From: Candidatus Woesearchaeota archaeon
Lineage (GTDB): Archaea > Nanobdellota > Nanobdellia > Pacearchaeales > GW2011-AR1
Assembly (NCBI GenBank): GCA_964581415.1
Contig: CAZOOJ010000022.1
Location: 1 to 15,235, forward strand
DNA length: 15,235 nucleotides
Direction of reading: 5' to 3'
The translations under genes were made by a program, and so were the position numbers. Under the pieces are notes generated by a model that saw nothing but the letters and a program-made list of their open reading frames with translations, had not been told where the DNA came from and ran no database searches. Shown here one piece after another: positions 1-7,037 of the stretch (within the stretch, counting starts at the first letter, position 1; the number at the start of each line of letters is the position of its first letter).

Positions 1-100
1 AAATAATTTCATCAAAGCGATAGATGCGAGAACAAAAAAACCTCTTGGAAAAGACTATAAATTAAAACACAGAGATGCTTTAGAGATTATTACTCGATAG
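1..100 (+). CDS. 3' end of a CDS that starts upstream of the window; the TGS-like C-terminal tail may belong to a DRG/Obg-family GTPase
   Basis: The frame is open from the window edge (codons from nt 2) and reads NNFIKAIDARTKKPLGKDYKLKHRDALEIITR, ending at TAG 98-100. The pattern F..A......G.dy.L...D.leI resembles the end of a TGS domain, as found at the C-terminus of archaeal DRG-type GTPases. Only 32 residues are visible. Confidence 0.4.
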   Translation, partial: NNFIKAIDARTKKPLGKDYKLKHRDALEIITR

Positions 101-136
101 ATTATATATTTTTTACATTATATTCTTTCTCAGTTA

Positions 137-146
137 TTTTTATAAA
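137..146 (+). promoter_or_regulatory. candidate archaeal TATA box (TTTTTATAAA) for ORF 168-503
   Basis: It is centred about 26 nt upstream of the ATG, which is consistent with a leaderless transcript. TATA-like strings are frequent by chance in DNA this AT-rich. Confidence 0.35.
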
Positions 147-167
147 CTTAATAAAACTTGATTTTTT

Positions 168-503
168 ATGAATTTTTATGATTCAGATTTAATTCATACA
201 GAATATTTTGATAATGAAAATTCTAAATCTCTTATTCGAGAGAGGCTGGAGAGAGAAGGCTATTCTCTTAGAAAAGATAAAAAAGGTATCTTAGTTGATT
301 ATGGAGGAATAAATTTCGCAAGATTAATTCACATGATTGATGAAAACTTTTTGATTTATCTTAATTATTCTAGTGAAGATATCTTTGAGTTTAAAACAGA
401 TTTGTATGGTATTAAAGCGTCCTTAGTTTCTATTAGAGAGCGTCTTAGAGAAATTCTTTCAAATGAAGAAGGAATTGTTTTAGTAAATAGAAATTCTGAT
501 TAA
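168..503 (+). CDS. hypothetical protein (111 aa), no recognisable motif
   Basis: ATG-initiated ORF with a TATA-like box (137-146) about 26 nt upstream. It is followed 11 nt later by the next gene. No antisense ORF competes with it. Confidence 0.6.
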   Translation: MNFYDSDLIHTEYFDNENSKSLIRERLEREGYSLRKDKKGILVDYGGINFARLIHMIDENFLIYLNYSSEDIFEFKTDLYGIKASLVSIRERLREILSNEEGIVLVNRNSD

Positions 504-514
504 ATTATTTTAAA

Positions 515-727
515 ATGAAAATGAAAATCAAAGTTCATGCAAATTCTTCTAAAGAAAAAATCAAAGAAATTAATGAAAATAATTATGAAATTTGGATTAA
601 AGAAAAGCCTATAAATAATAGAGCTAACAAGTCTCTTCTAAAATTATTAAAGAATTATTTTAAAAAGGATATTAAAATTAAATTCGGCTTTAATTCAAGA
701 AAAAAGATTATTGAAATAGATAATTGA
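515..727 (+). CDS. DUF167 / YggU-like (UPF0235) small protein
   Basis: The 70-aa size fits the family. The pattern IKVHANSSKEKI...IWIKEKPINNRANKSLLKLL...IKIKFGFNSRKKIIEI matches the YggU layout (V.p.a....i......l.v.v...P..G.AN..l...L......v.i..G..sr.K.v.i). Confidence 0.65.
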   Translation: MKMKIKVHANSSKEKIKEINENNYEIWIKEKPINNRANKSLLKLLKNYFKKDIKIKFGFNSRKKIIEIDN

Positions 728-978
728 ATTTAATTAATTTTAAAAATTGTTTTTTTATTATCTACAGAGTATCTCATTTAAATGAAGTTGCTCTGGAGAT
801 AAGAGAATCTTTAACAGCAAATTTACTAAAAGGAGCTAAGCCTTTAGATTTTGAAGAATTTGCAGATTATTTCTATAGTGATACTTCAGAAGGAAGAGAG
901 ATTTATGCTCCTGATTCGGAAGAAGGATATTATTTTAGAAAAACAATTTCTCTTAATAAAATTCCGAAATTTCATTGA
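724..978 (+). CDS. hypothetical protein (84 aa), TTG start overlapping the upstream stop
   Basis: There is no in-frame ATG. The only plausible start is TTG at 724, which forms a TTGA overlap with the DUF167 stop (725-727). The product has an acidic, aromatic-rich C-terminal half. Its end converges on the MBL hydrolase gene. It may not be a real gene. Confidence 0.35.
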   Translation: MNLINFKNCFFIIYRVSHLNEVALEIRESLTANLLKGAKPLDFEEFADYFYSDTSEGREIYAPDSEEGYYFRKTISLNKIPKFH

Positions 979-984
979 AATCTA

Positions 985-1500
985 TTAATAACCGTGTCCA
1001 GGACATAAAATTTCGTAATTAAGATTCTTTAATTTTTTTATAGACTCTTTCATTTCTTCTTCAGAACTTCCAGGCAAATCAGTTCTTCCGGTTGTTCCTC
1101 TGTGAAAGAGAGTATCTCCTGAAAATAAAATTCCATTGTATAAAATACAAACACTTCCTTTTGAATGTCCTGGAGTTTCTATTATTTTTAATTTCGGAAT
1201 ATTTAATTTTTTAATATTCTTAAGATTTTCTCCAAAATCTTTTTTACTTCCATAAATTTCTGAATTTGGAAAAAGAATTATTCCTCCTGCATGATCCCAA
1301 TGATTATGTGTTAAAAGAATAATATCTATGTCTTCTGGCAATAAATTTAATTTTTTCAAATCATTCTTTAATTCTTCCAGAACTAAAGGAGAACCTGTAT
1401 CAACAAGAATATTCTTATTTTTCAATTTAATTAGATAAACATAGGAGCTAAATTTTTTAAAATAAAACTGCCAGACATTTTCTTTTATCTTTCTTATCAT
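985..1500 (-). CDS. MBL-fold metallo-hydrolase (glyoxalase II-like, compact 171 aa)
   Basis: All the beta-lactamase-fold metal ligand motifs are present: LTHNHWDHAGG (HxHxDH), TPGHSKGS (His), SGDTLF (Asp) and CPGHG (His). Confidence 0.9.
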   Translation of the reverse strand: MIRKIKENVWQFYFKKFSSYVYLIKLKNKNILVDTGSPLVLEELKNDLKKLNLLPEDIDIILLTHNHWDHAGGIILFPNSEIYGSKKDFGENLKNIKKLNIPKLKIIETPGHSKGSVCILYNGILFSGDTLFHRGTTGRTDLPGSSEEEMKESIKKLKNLNYEILCPGHGY

Positions 1501-1639
1501 AATTTTAGAAGAAAATTTGAATTTAAGAATTTTACTGATATAAAGTATATTAACTAATGATTAATTAACTATAAGTGTTAAGAATTATTAATTTGTCATT
1601 AACAATTACTTAAAGAATACTCGAGCTATAGTGAGATAA

Positions 1640-1649
1640 TTTATTTAAA
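1640..1649 (+). promoter_or_regulatory. candidate archaeal TATA box (TTTATTTAAA) for the metallopeptidase/DUF192 pair
   Basis: It is centred about 28 nt upstream of ATG 1673. Confidence 0.35.
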
Positions 1650-1672
1650 CTTCTTTTATTTTTTATTTCCTA

Positions 1673-2047
1673 ATGAAATATGAATTTGCTCCTGATATTC
1701 AAAAAAAAGCTGAAGAGATTTCTGGAATTTTATTTCCAAATATAAAAATTGATAGAATAAAATGTTTTAGAAGTTATGGAAGCTCTACAAAAAGAACAAT
1801 TGCGAGATGTCATGGTTTAGGAAAGATTATGCAAAAAGCTTTGGAAATTAAAGCGTTTTATGTGCTTGAATTTTTATCCAAAAGATTTGATAAACTTCCA
1901 GAAGAAGAAAGAATCAAAACAATTATTCATGAATTAATGCATATACCAAAAAGTTTTGGAGGAGGATTTCGATATCATGATTTTGTTACAGAAAAAAATG
2001 TTAACAGAATGTATAAAGCATACAAATATGAAAAAAAAGAAGAATGA
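1673..2047 (+). CDS. small predicted zinc metallopeptidase (HExxH; archaeal COG4900-like)
   Basis: The zincin motif HELMH is followed by IPKSFGGGFRYH, which recalls the HELlHIP..F.GG block of small archaeal predicted metallopeptidases. A TATA-like box lies at 1640-1649. Confidence 0.7.
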   Translation: MKYEFAPDIQKKAEEISGILFPNIKIDRIKCFRSYGSSTKRTIARCHGLGKIMQKALEIKAFYVLEFLSKRFDKLPEEERIKTIIHELMHIPKSFGGGFRYHDFVTEKNVNRMYKAYKYEKKEE

Positions 2048-2397
2048 AACTAAATTTAAAATATAAAAACAAAAGAATTATTTTAAATGTTAAAAAATGC
2101 AATTTTTTTGAAAAGGTTAGAGGATTGATGTTCAGAAAACTTGAAAATGCGCCAATTCTTTTATTTGATTTTTCTAAAACATTAAAATATTCATTACATT
2201 CTCTTTTTGTATTCTTTCCTTTTTTGATTCTTTGGCTTGACGATAAAAATGAAATTATTGGTTTTAAAAAAGGCGAGCCTTTTCGATTTAGAATAAAAAC
2301 TAATAAAAAGTTCTCTAAAATAATTGAAATACCAATCAGTAAAAAAAATAAAAATGTCGTTGAGAATATTAAAATTCTCGTCGGTAGAAAGATTTAA
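2044..2397 (+). CDS. DUF192 (COG1430) family protein
   Basis: FFEKVRGLMFRK...PILLFDF......HSLFVFFPFLILWLDDKNEII matches the DUF192 signature (RGLM.r..l....gmlF.f......fwM.n...plDi.f.d..g.i). It has an ATGA overlap with the upstream peptidase gene (2044-2047). Confidence 0.7.
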   Translation: MKLNLKYKNKRIILNVKKCNFFEKVRGLMFRKLENAPILLFDFSKTLKYSLHSLFVFFPFLILWLDDKNEIIGFKKGEPFRFRIKTNKKFSKIIEIPISKKNKNVVENIKILVGRKI

Positions 2398-2446
2398 ATA
2401 CTTAAATCCCTTTAAAAAAACAGAATTAAAATTAAATAAATTAAAA

Positions 2447-2451
2447 GGAGG
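2447..2451 (+). promoter_or_regulatory. Shine-Dalgarno (GGAGG) for the 61-aa lysine-rich protein
   Basis: AAAGGAGGT lies with a 5-nt spacer before ATG 2457. I saw no comparable SD at the start of any other gene in the window. Confidence 0.6.
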
Positions 2452-2456
2452 TAAAA

Positions 2457-2642
2457 ATGGGAAAAGTTATTGCAAAAAATGTTGTTAAAAGAAAACCACA
2501 TTATCTATATTATGTAGATGGTAAGGGAAATGTCTGTGAAGCAAAGATGGCTAGAGGTGGTAAAAAGAAGAAAAAAGCTAAGAAAAAAGTAACAAAAAAG
2601 AAACCAGTTAAGAAGAAAGTAACAAAAAAGAAAAAAAGATAA
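2457..2642 (+). CDS. small highly basic protein (61 aa) made of a beta-hairpin-like N-terminal module and a poly-lysine tail
   Basis: A GGAGG motif sits 5 nt upstream of the ATG. The N-terminus reads KRKPHYLYYVDGKGNVCEAKM. In the last 26 residues, 18 are Lys (KKKKKAKKKVTKKKPVKKKVTKKKKR). Oligo-T tracts follow the stop. Confidence 0.7.
   Translation: MGKVIAKNVVKRKPHYLYYVDGKGNVCEAKMARGGKKKKKAKKKVTKKKPVKKKVTKKKKR
2581..2633 (+). repeat. 30-bp-period direct repeat inside the lysine-tail coding region
   Basis: Positions 2581-2603 and 2611-2633 are identical at 22 of 23 positions (AGAA[A/G]AAAGTAACAAAAAAGAAA). They encode the duplicated KKKVTKKK unit. Confidence 0.8.
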
Positions 2643-2651
2643 TAAAAATTC

Positions 2652-2668
2652 TTTTTATTTTATTTTTT
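2652..2668 (+). terminator. oligo-T tracts (T5, T4, T6) downstream of the lysine-rich gene
   Basis: The sequence TTTTTATTTTATTTTTT starts 10 nt after the stop. Archaeal RNAP terminates at oligo-T. Confidence 0.35.
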
Positions 2669-2674
2669 AATTAA

Positions 2675-2683
2675 TTTTATATA
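2675..2683 (+). promoter_or_regulatory. candidate archaeal TATA box (TTTTATATA) for the nucleotidyltransferase-kae1 pair
   Basis: It is centred about 26 nt upstream of ATG 2705. Confidence 0.35.
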
Positions 2684-2704
2684 CTATTTTTATTTTTTTA
2701 TCTT

Positions 2705-3427
2705 ATGAAATGTGTAATTTTATGTTCAGGATATGCTACTAGACTTTATCCTCTTACATTAAATAAACCAAAACCACTTTTACCTATTAAAGGAAAACCT
2801 ATTCTAGACTATCTTGTTAAAAAAGTAGAGAAAATTGAGGATATTGATGAAATTTTTGTTGTCAGTAATGAAAAATTTTATAATTCTTTTTTAAAATGGA
2901 GGAATTCTGTTAATTGCAGAAAAAAAATTAAAATAATAAACGATAAAACTTCGACAAATGAAACTCGTTTAGGAGGAGTTGGAGATTTAGTATTCGCAAT
3001 TGAAAAAGAAAATATTAAAGAAGATTTGCTTGTTCTATTAGGTGATAATTATTTTAATTTTGACTTAAACAAAATTATTGATTTTTTTAAAGAAAAAAAA
3101 TCCAATGTCATCGGATTATTTTATATTAAGGAGACAAATAAATGCAAAAATTTTGGAATTTTACAGATGAATAAAAAAAATCAAATAATCTCTTTTGAAG
3201 AGAAACCAAAAAATCCAAAATCTCATTTAATTTCTGCTGGAATTTATGTTTATTCTAAAAAAGAATTAAAAAAAATTAAAGAATATCTAAAAACAGAAAG
3301 TTGTAAAGAAGGGCCTGGTTATCTAATTCCTTATTTTAAAAAATTCCAGAAAGTTTATGGATTTGTTTTAGAAGGTTTTTGGTATGATATTGGAGATAAA
3401 GAAACCTATGGAGAAGTTAACAAATGA
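2705..3427 (+). CDS. sugar-phosphate nucleotidyltransferase (NTP_transferase family, glucose-1-P thymidylyl/uridylyltransferase-like)
   Basis: The N-terminal signature is ILCSGYATRLYPLTLNKPKPLLPIKGKPILDY (G.G.RL.PlT...PKpllp). It also has LLGDN and a WYDIGD-type C-terminal motif (FWYDIGDKETY). Confidence 0.85.
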   Translation: MKCVILCSGYATRLYPLTLNKPKPLLPIKGKPILDYLVKKVEKIEDIDEIFVVSNEKFYNSFLKWRNSVNCRKKIKIINDKTSTNETRLGGVGDLVFAIEKENIKEDLLVLLGDNYFNFDLNKIIDFFKEKKSNVIGLFYIKETNKCKNFGILQMNKKNQIISFEEKPKNPKSHLISAGIYVYSKKELKKIKEYLKTESCKEGPGYLIPYFKKFQKVYGFVLEGFWYDIGDKETYGEVNK

Positions 3428-4476
3428 TAATTTTAGGAATTGAATCAACAGCACATACTTTTGGAATTGGAATTGTTAAAAATGGGAAAATTTTAGCAAA
3501 TGTTAAAAGAAGTTATACAACTCAGAAAGGTGGCATAATTCCTGTTGAAGCTGCGAAATATCATTTAAATAATAAATATGAAATTTATTTTGAAGCATTA
3601 GACAAAGCAGAATTAAAAGAAGAGGATATAGATGCTATTGCTTTTTCTCAGGGACCTGGTTTATCTCCTTGTCTAATTGAAGGAATAAAATTTTCTAAAG
3701 AGCTTTTTAAAAAATTGAAAAAACCTCTTATTCCAATTAACCATTGTATTGCCCATCTAGAAATTGGAAGAATTACTGGAGCAAAAGACCCTGTTATGCT
3801 TTATGCTTCTGGAGCTAATACACAAATTATTGCTTATGAAGCTAAGAAGTATAGAATCTTTGGAGAAACTTTAGATATAGGAATAGGAAACTTTATTGAT
3901 AATTTCGCGCGTTATGCTGGAATTGGTTTTCCTGGAGGGCCAAAAATTGCAGAACTTGCTGAAAAAAGCAACACTAAAAATTTTTCTACGAAAAATTTTG
4001 ATGCTATGAAATCTAAAAAGAAACAAGATTTCCTTGGAAATTATATTGAAATTCCCTATAAAGTTAAAGGAATGGATATTGCTCTATCAGGAATTCTAAC
4101 AAATTTAAAACAAAAACTAGATTCTAAAAAATATAAACTAGAAGATTTATCTTATTCTTTGCAAGAAACTGCTTTTGCTATGTTGATTGAAACTGCAGAA
4201 AGAGCTCTTGCTCATACAGGAAAAAAAGAATTGCTTTTAGGAGGAGGTGTTGCTTGTAACAAAAAACTTCAGAAAATGTGTAAAACGATGTGTAAAGAAA
4301 GAAAGGCTAAGTTTTTTTGTCCTCCAAATGAATTATTAGTTGATAACGGAGCAATGATTGCTTTTTTAGGAGAAATTATGTTCAGATCAGGAATTAGTTT
4401 TAAAGGAAAAAAAGCTCAGAATTTAGATATAAAACCAAGACAAAGAACAGATGATGTAAAAGTTAGTTGGAAATAA
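3424..4476 (+). CDS. kae1: tRNA N6-adenosine threonylcarbamoyltransferase Kae1 (stand-alone, no Bud32 fusion)
   Basis: ILGIESTAHTFGIGIV, the metal-binding block INHCIAHLEIG, LYASGANTQII, GGGVACNKKL and VDNGAMIA are the classical Kae1/TsaD ASKHA-fold blocks. It has an ATGA overlap with the upstream gene (3424-3427). Confidence 0.9.
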   Translation: MIILGIESTAHTFGIGIVKNGKILANVKRSYTTQKGGIIPVEAAKYHLNNKYEIYFEALDKAELKEEDIDAIAFSQGPGLSPCLIEGIKFSKELFKKLKKPLIPINHCIAHLEIGRITGAKDPVMLYASGANTQIIAYEAKKYRIFGETLDIGIGNFIDNFARYAGIGFPGGPKIAELAEKSNTKNFSTKNFDAMKSKKKQDFLGNYIEIPYKVKGMDIALSGILTNLKQKLDSKKYKLEDLSYSLQETAFAMLIETAERALAHTGKKELLLGGGVACNKKLQKMCKTMCKERKAKFFCPPNELLVDNGAMIAFLGEIMFRSGISFKGKKAQNLDIKPRQRTDDVKVSWK

Positions 4477-4512
4477 TTAAAAGAATAAATTTTAATTTAT
4501 AATTTTTACAGC

Positions 4513-5718
4513 TCAAAACCATTCTTTCAATTTTCTCTGTTGTTTCATCTGTTTAAGTAAAATGCTTCTATTTAAAATTTTAGAACAGTCAAAATTAAAT
4601 TTTAATTGTGAAATTATTTTTGCATTCTCAAGAATTTCTTTTTTACTTTTAAATTTCCTAAATAATTTTTCCAAAGCTTTTTTTATACTTTCTCTAACAA
4701 CCCAAACACCCAAAGAAGCCCAATAAGAAGGAGTTTCAATTCTTATTACCAAAACAGATGCTTGTTTTCTTAATCTATCCAGATATTCTAAAATAGAAAG
4801 ACGAGTTGCATAATATCCTCCTCCAGTATTAAAAGCATATTTTTTTCTTCCAAAATAATCTTCATAATCTGTAGCTGCCTTTATTTCAGAAGAAAAATTC
4901 CAAGAACTTTTAGGCAAATAAATTTCAAAAAGTTCAAAATTCCATATATTAGGAAAGAGAAGAACTACATACTGATTTCCTAAAAATTCTCCAAAGAATA
5001 ATTCATAGTCTTCAACTTCTCTATAGTTTCTAATCTTTTCAATTAAACTTTTTCCAATAGTATCATCTGTGGCAGTTATGCTCCATCGAGTAGGAATCAA
5101 TCTTTTAGATTTTTTCAATCCTAAAACTCCGACACTTAAAATTTTGCTTAAAGAATAAACATCAAAATTATTTTTATATAAAATATTCAGTCCTTGCGAA
5201 GCCTTTATTTCATCATTCATAATTTTGTCTAACTTAGAATCAATTTTTGTATTTGAAACAATTTTTGCATTTTTCAAATTAGCATTCATTCCTAAAGGTG
5301 TTAAAATTCTATCTCTTTCTCTTCCAATTCTCAAACGATTTTTTAATTCTATCTCAATATCAACTGGCTTAGAAGCTATTGCGATTTCTTTTGCAAGTTC
5401 AATAAACTTTTTATTTAAACGGGAATCGTAGACATTTGATTTGAATCTTGAATTTAATAAACTATTTCTAAGTTTTAGAATATCCTTAATTTCAAAGTTG
5501 TTTTCTGCCCAATATTTCTCATTATCATAAATCCATGCGTTTTTTTCTTTTTCTAAAGGACTTAATATTCCAACATTAACTTGAGGATATCTAAGTTTTG
5601 AACCAATAAAAATACTTGGAGGAGAAGTAGAATCTAAATTAGAAATAGTGTCAAGATTCTTATATTTGAATCTAGTCTCAGCGACTTTTTTAAGAATCTC
5701 AAATTTTATGTCTGACAT
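4513..5718 (-). CDS. nreA: Nre-family archaeal DNA repair protein (DUF650/DUF651, NreA-like) with a C-terminal PIP box
   Basis: As I recall them, the Nre family blocks are PPSIFIGSKLRYPQVNVGIL, IPTRWSITATDD, GGGYYATRLSILEYL and LGVWVVRE. The extreme C-terminus QRKLKEWF fits Qxx[LIM]xx[FYW][FYW]. Confidence 0.7.
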   Translation of the reverse strand: MSDIKFEILKKVAETRFKYKNLDTISNLDSTSPPSIFIGSKLRYPQVNVGILSPLEKEKNAWIYDNEKYWAENNFEIKDILKLRNSLLNSRFKSNVYDSRLNKKFIELAKEIAIASKPVDIEIELKNRLRIGRERDRILTPLGMNANLKNAKIVSNTKIDSKLDKIMNDEIKASQGLNILYKNNFDVYSLSKILSVGVLGLKKSKRLIPTRWSITATDDTIGKSLIEKIRNYREVEDYELFFGEFLGNQYVVLLFPNIWNFELFEIYLPKSSWNFSSEIKAATDYEDYFGRKKYAFNTGGGYYATRLSILEYLDRLRKQASVLVIRIETPSYWASLGVWVVRESIKKALEKLFRKFKSKKEILENAKIISQLKFNFDCSKILNRSILLKQMKQQRKLKEWF

Positions 5719-5761
5719 AAAGAATTAAAGAAAGAGAAGTTTAAATGAATTTATAACTTCA

Positions 5762-6262
5762 TTAAAGTAAAAAATTTCTTTTGGAATTTTTGTATAGAAA
5801 ATTTCTTAATCCTCTTCTATTGCCATCAGAAAAATAATTTCTTCCTATTTTCTCTCTTATTTTTTTCGCATTAAAATCAGAAAAATCTCTAAGAGAGAAT
5901 TCCTTCTCATCCATATAATAAACTCCTTTATGAAAGGCTCTTAAAAAACTTGGAATTCTTTTGTTATTCTTTTCTTTTATTTCAAAATAATGTCCTCTTT
6001 TTCCTTTTAATAATAATCTTTCTTCAGATTTTCCTAAAAAGGAATCATCTAAATTTCTTAACAAATTTATCTCCCATTTTTGAAATAAATCAGATTTAGG
6101 AAAAATATCTAAAAATTCCCTATCAGATTTTAAGAAAGTTCCTGAATTAAAAAAATATAGAGATATATTTGAATTTGAAGTGTCTAAAAAAGATAAATAT
6201 CCTTTTAGAGGAGTAATATTTTCTGAAAAAAAATCCTTTTTGACATTAATTATTTTAATCAT
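5762..6262 (-). CDS. hypothetical protein (166 aa) lying between radB and nreA
   Basis: ATG-initiated ORF, co-directional with both neighbours, with 43-nt gaps on each side. I recognise no motif in it. It is basic and rich in Phe, Asn and Lys. Confidence 0.55.
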   Translation of the reverse strand: MIKIINVKKDFFSENITPLKGYLSFLDTSNSNISLYFFNSGTFLKSDREFLDIFPKSDLFQKWEINLLRNLDDSFLGKSEERLLLKGKRGHYFEIKEKNNKRIPSFLRAFHKGVYYMDEKEFSLRDFSDFNAKKIREKIGRNYFSDGNRRGLRNFLYKNSKRNFLL

Positions 6263-6305
6263 GATATCTACAAGAAAAATTATTTAAAAAGATTATTATA
6301 ATTCA

Positions 6306-7037
6306 TCATATCCATCTTCTTCTAAAAATGCCTTTATTTTTTATATCAAAACTAATTTCTTTTTGAGGCAGACTTCTGTGTTTTAATAGAACTGCTTTTC
6401 TTTTTCCTTTTTCATTTTTTAATTCAATTATGCACTTGCTCCAATATTTAAGCAAATCTCCTCCAACAATATTCATTTCTCTTTCAGAACCTTTTTTCCA
6501 ATCTTCTTCAGATAAAAAACTTCCATAGACCTGATTGGTTATAATAATAGAAATTTTTTGTTTTCTTGCAATTTCTGCTAGATTCCTCATTTGTCTCGCA
6601 ATTCTTCTATTAATCTCTTTTATATTTTCAGAATCTTTTGATTTAATAGCATCTCCTAATTCTAATCTATAAAGCATAGCCATTCCATCAACAATTATTA
6701 AATTCACATGGTCTTTTTTTATTCTTCTTAATAAATTTAAGAAAGATTTTTCTTGTTCATTAAAATTTGTAGGTTCTATAAGAAAGATATTTTTTAGAAT
6801 ATCCTTATAATTCTCACCTACTATTTGTTTTATTCTTTCAACTGAAAAACCTCCTTCAGTATCAATAAAAATAACTTTATTGTTCTTTTTAGCCTGACTG
6901 CATGCAGTTAAAATAACAAAATTGGTTTTACCACTTCCAGCAGGTCCAACAATCATACTTATGATTCCTTTTTCATAACCTCCATAAAGCCATTTATTTA
7001 AATCATAACTTCCTGCAGATATTTTGTTATCAGACAT
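6306..7037 (-). CDS. radB: DNA repair and recombination protein RadB (RecA/RadA paralog)
   Basis: Walker A is GPAGSGKT. The block FIDTEGGFSVERIKQI matches the RadB block DTEGGFS.ER..Q. Walker B is LIIVDG, followed by IIITNQV. At 243 aa it lacks the RadA N-terminal HhH domain. Confidence 0.85.
   Translation of the reverse strand: MSDNKISAGSYDLNKWLYGGYEKGIISMIVGPAGSGKTNFVILTACSQAKKNNKVIFIDTEGGFSVERIKQIVGENYKDILKNIFLIEPTNFNEQEKSFLNLLRRIKKDHVNLIIVDGMAMLYRLELGDAIKSKDSENIKEINRRIARQMRNLAEIARKQKISIIITNQVYGSFLSEEDWKKGSEREMNIVGGDLLKYWSKCIIELKNEKGKRKAVLLKHRSLPQKEISFDIKNKGIFRRRWI

Noticed and set aside
1533-1563. Possible C/D-box sRNA (CTGA at about 1535, ATGATTA at about 1557)
   Set aside because: The box order is wrong for the plus strand, since the D-like box precedes the C-like box. 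The C box has a mismatch to RUGAUGA. There are no terminal stem or C'/D' boxes.
1550-1603. Four TTAAC/GTTAA pentamers (three of them as ATTAAC) plus a TTAATTAA palindrome in the divergent MBL-hydrolase / metallopeptidase spacer, possibly operator sites
   Set aside because: The motifs are short and AT-rich, the spacing is irregular (15 and 34 bp), and the inverted arms are only 5 bp. This is easily explained by chance at this base composition. It would need conservation in relatives to be taken seriously.
5225-5431. 68-aa plus-strand ORF inside the nreA-like gene
   Set aside because: It is entirely antisense to a 401-aa ORF with recognisable family motifs. Its composition is low-complexity and Phe/Ile/Ser-rich, as expected from reading AT-rich coding DNA backwards.
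5975-6040. Possible PD-(D/E)xK / Hjc-like nuclease motif (GKSEERLLLKG ... FEIKEK) in the 166-aa orphan
   Set aside because: The spacing between the ER and ExK elements is only about 12 residues, and the intervening catalytic Asp strand is absent. The resemblance is therefore probably coincidental.
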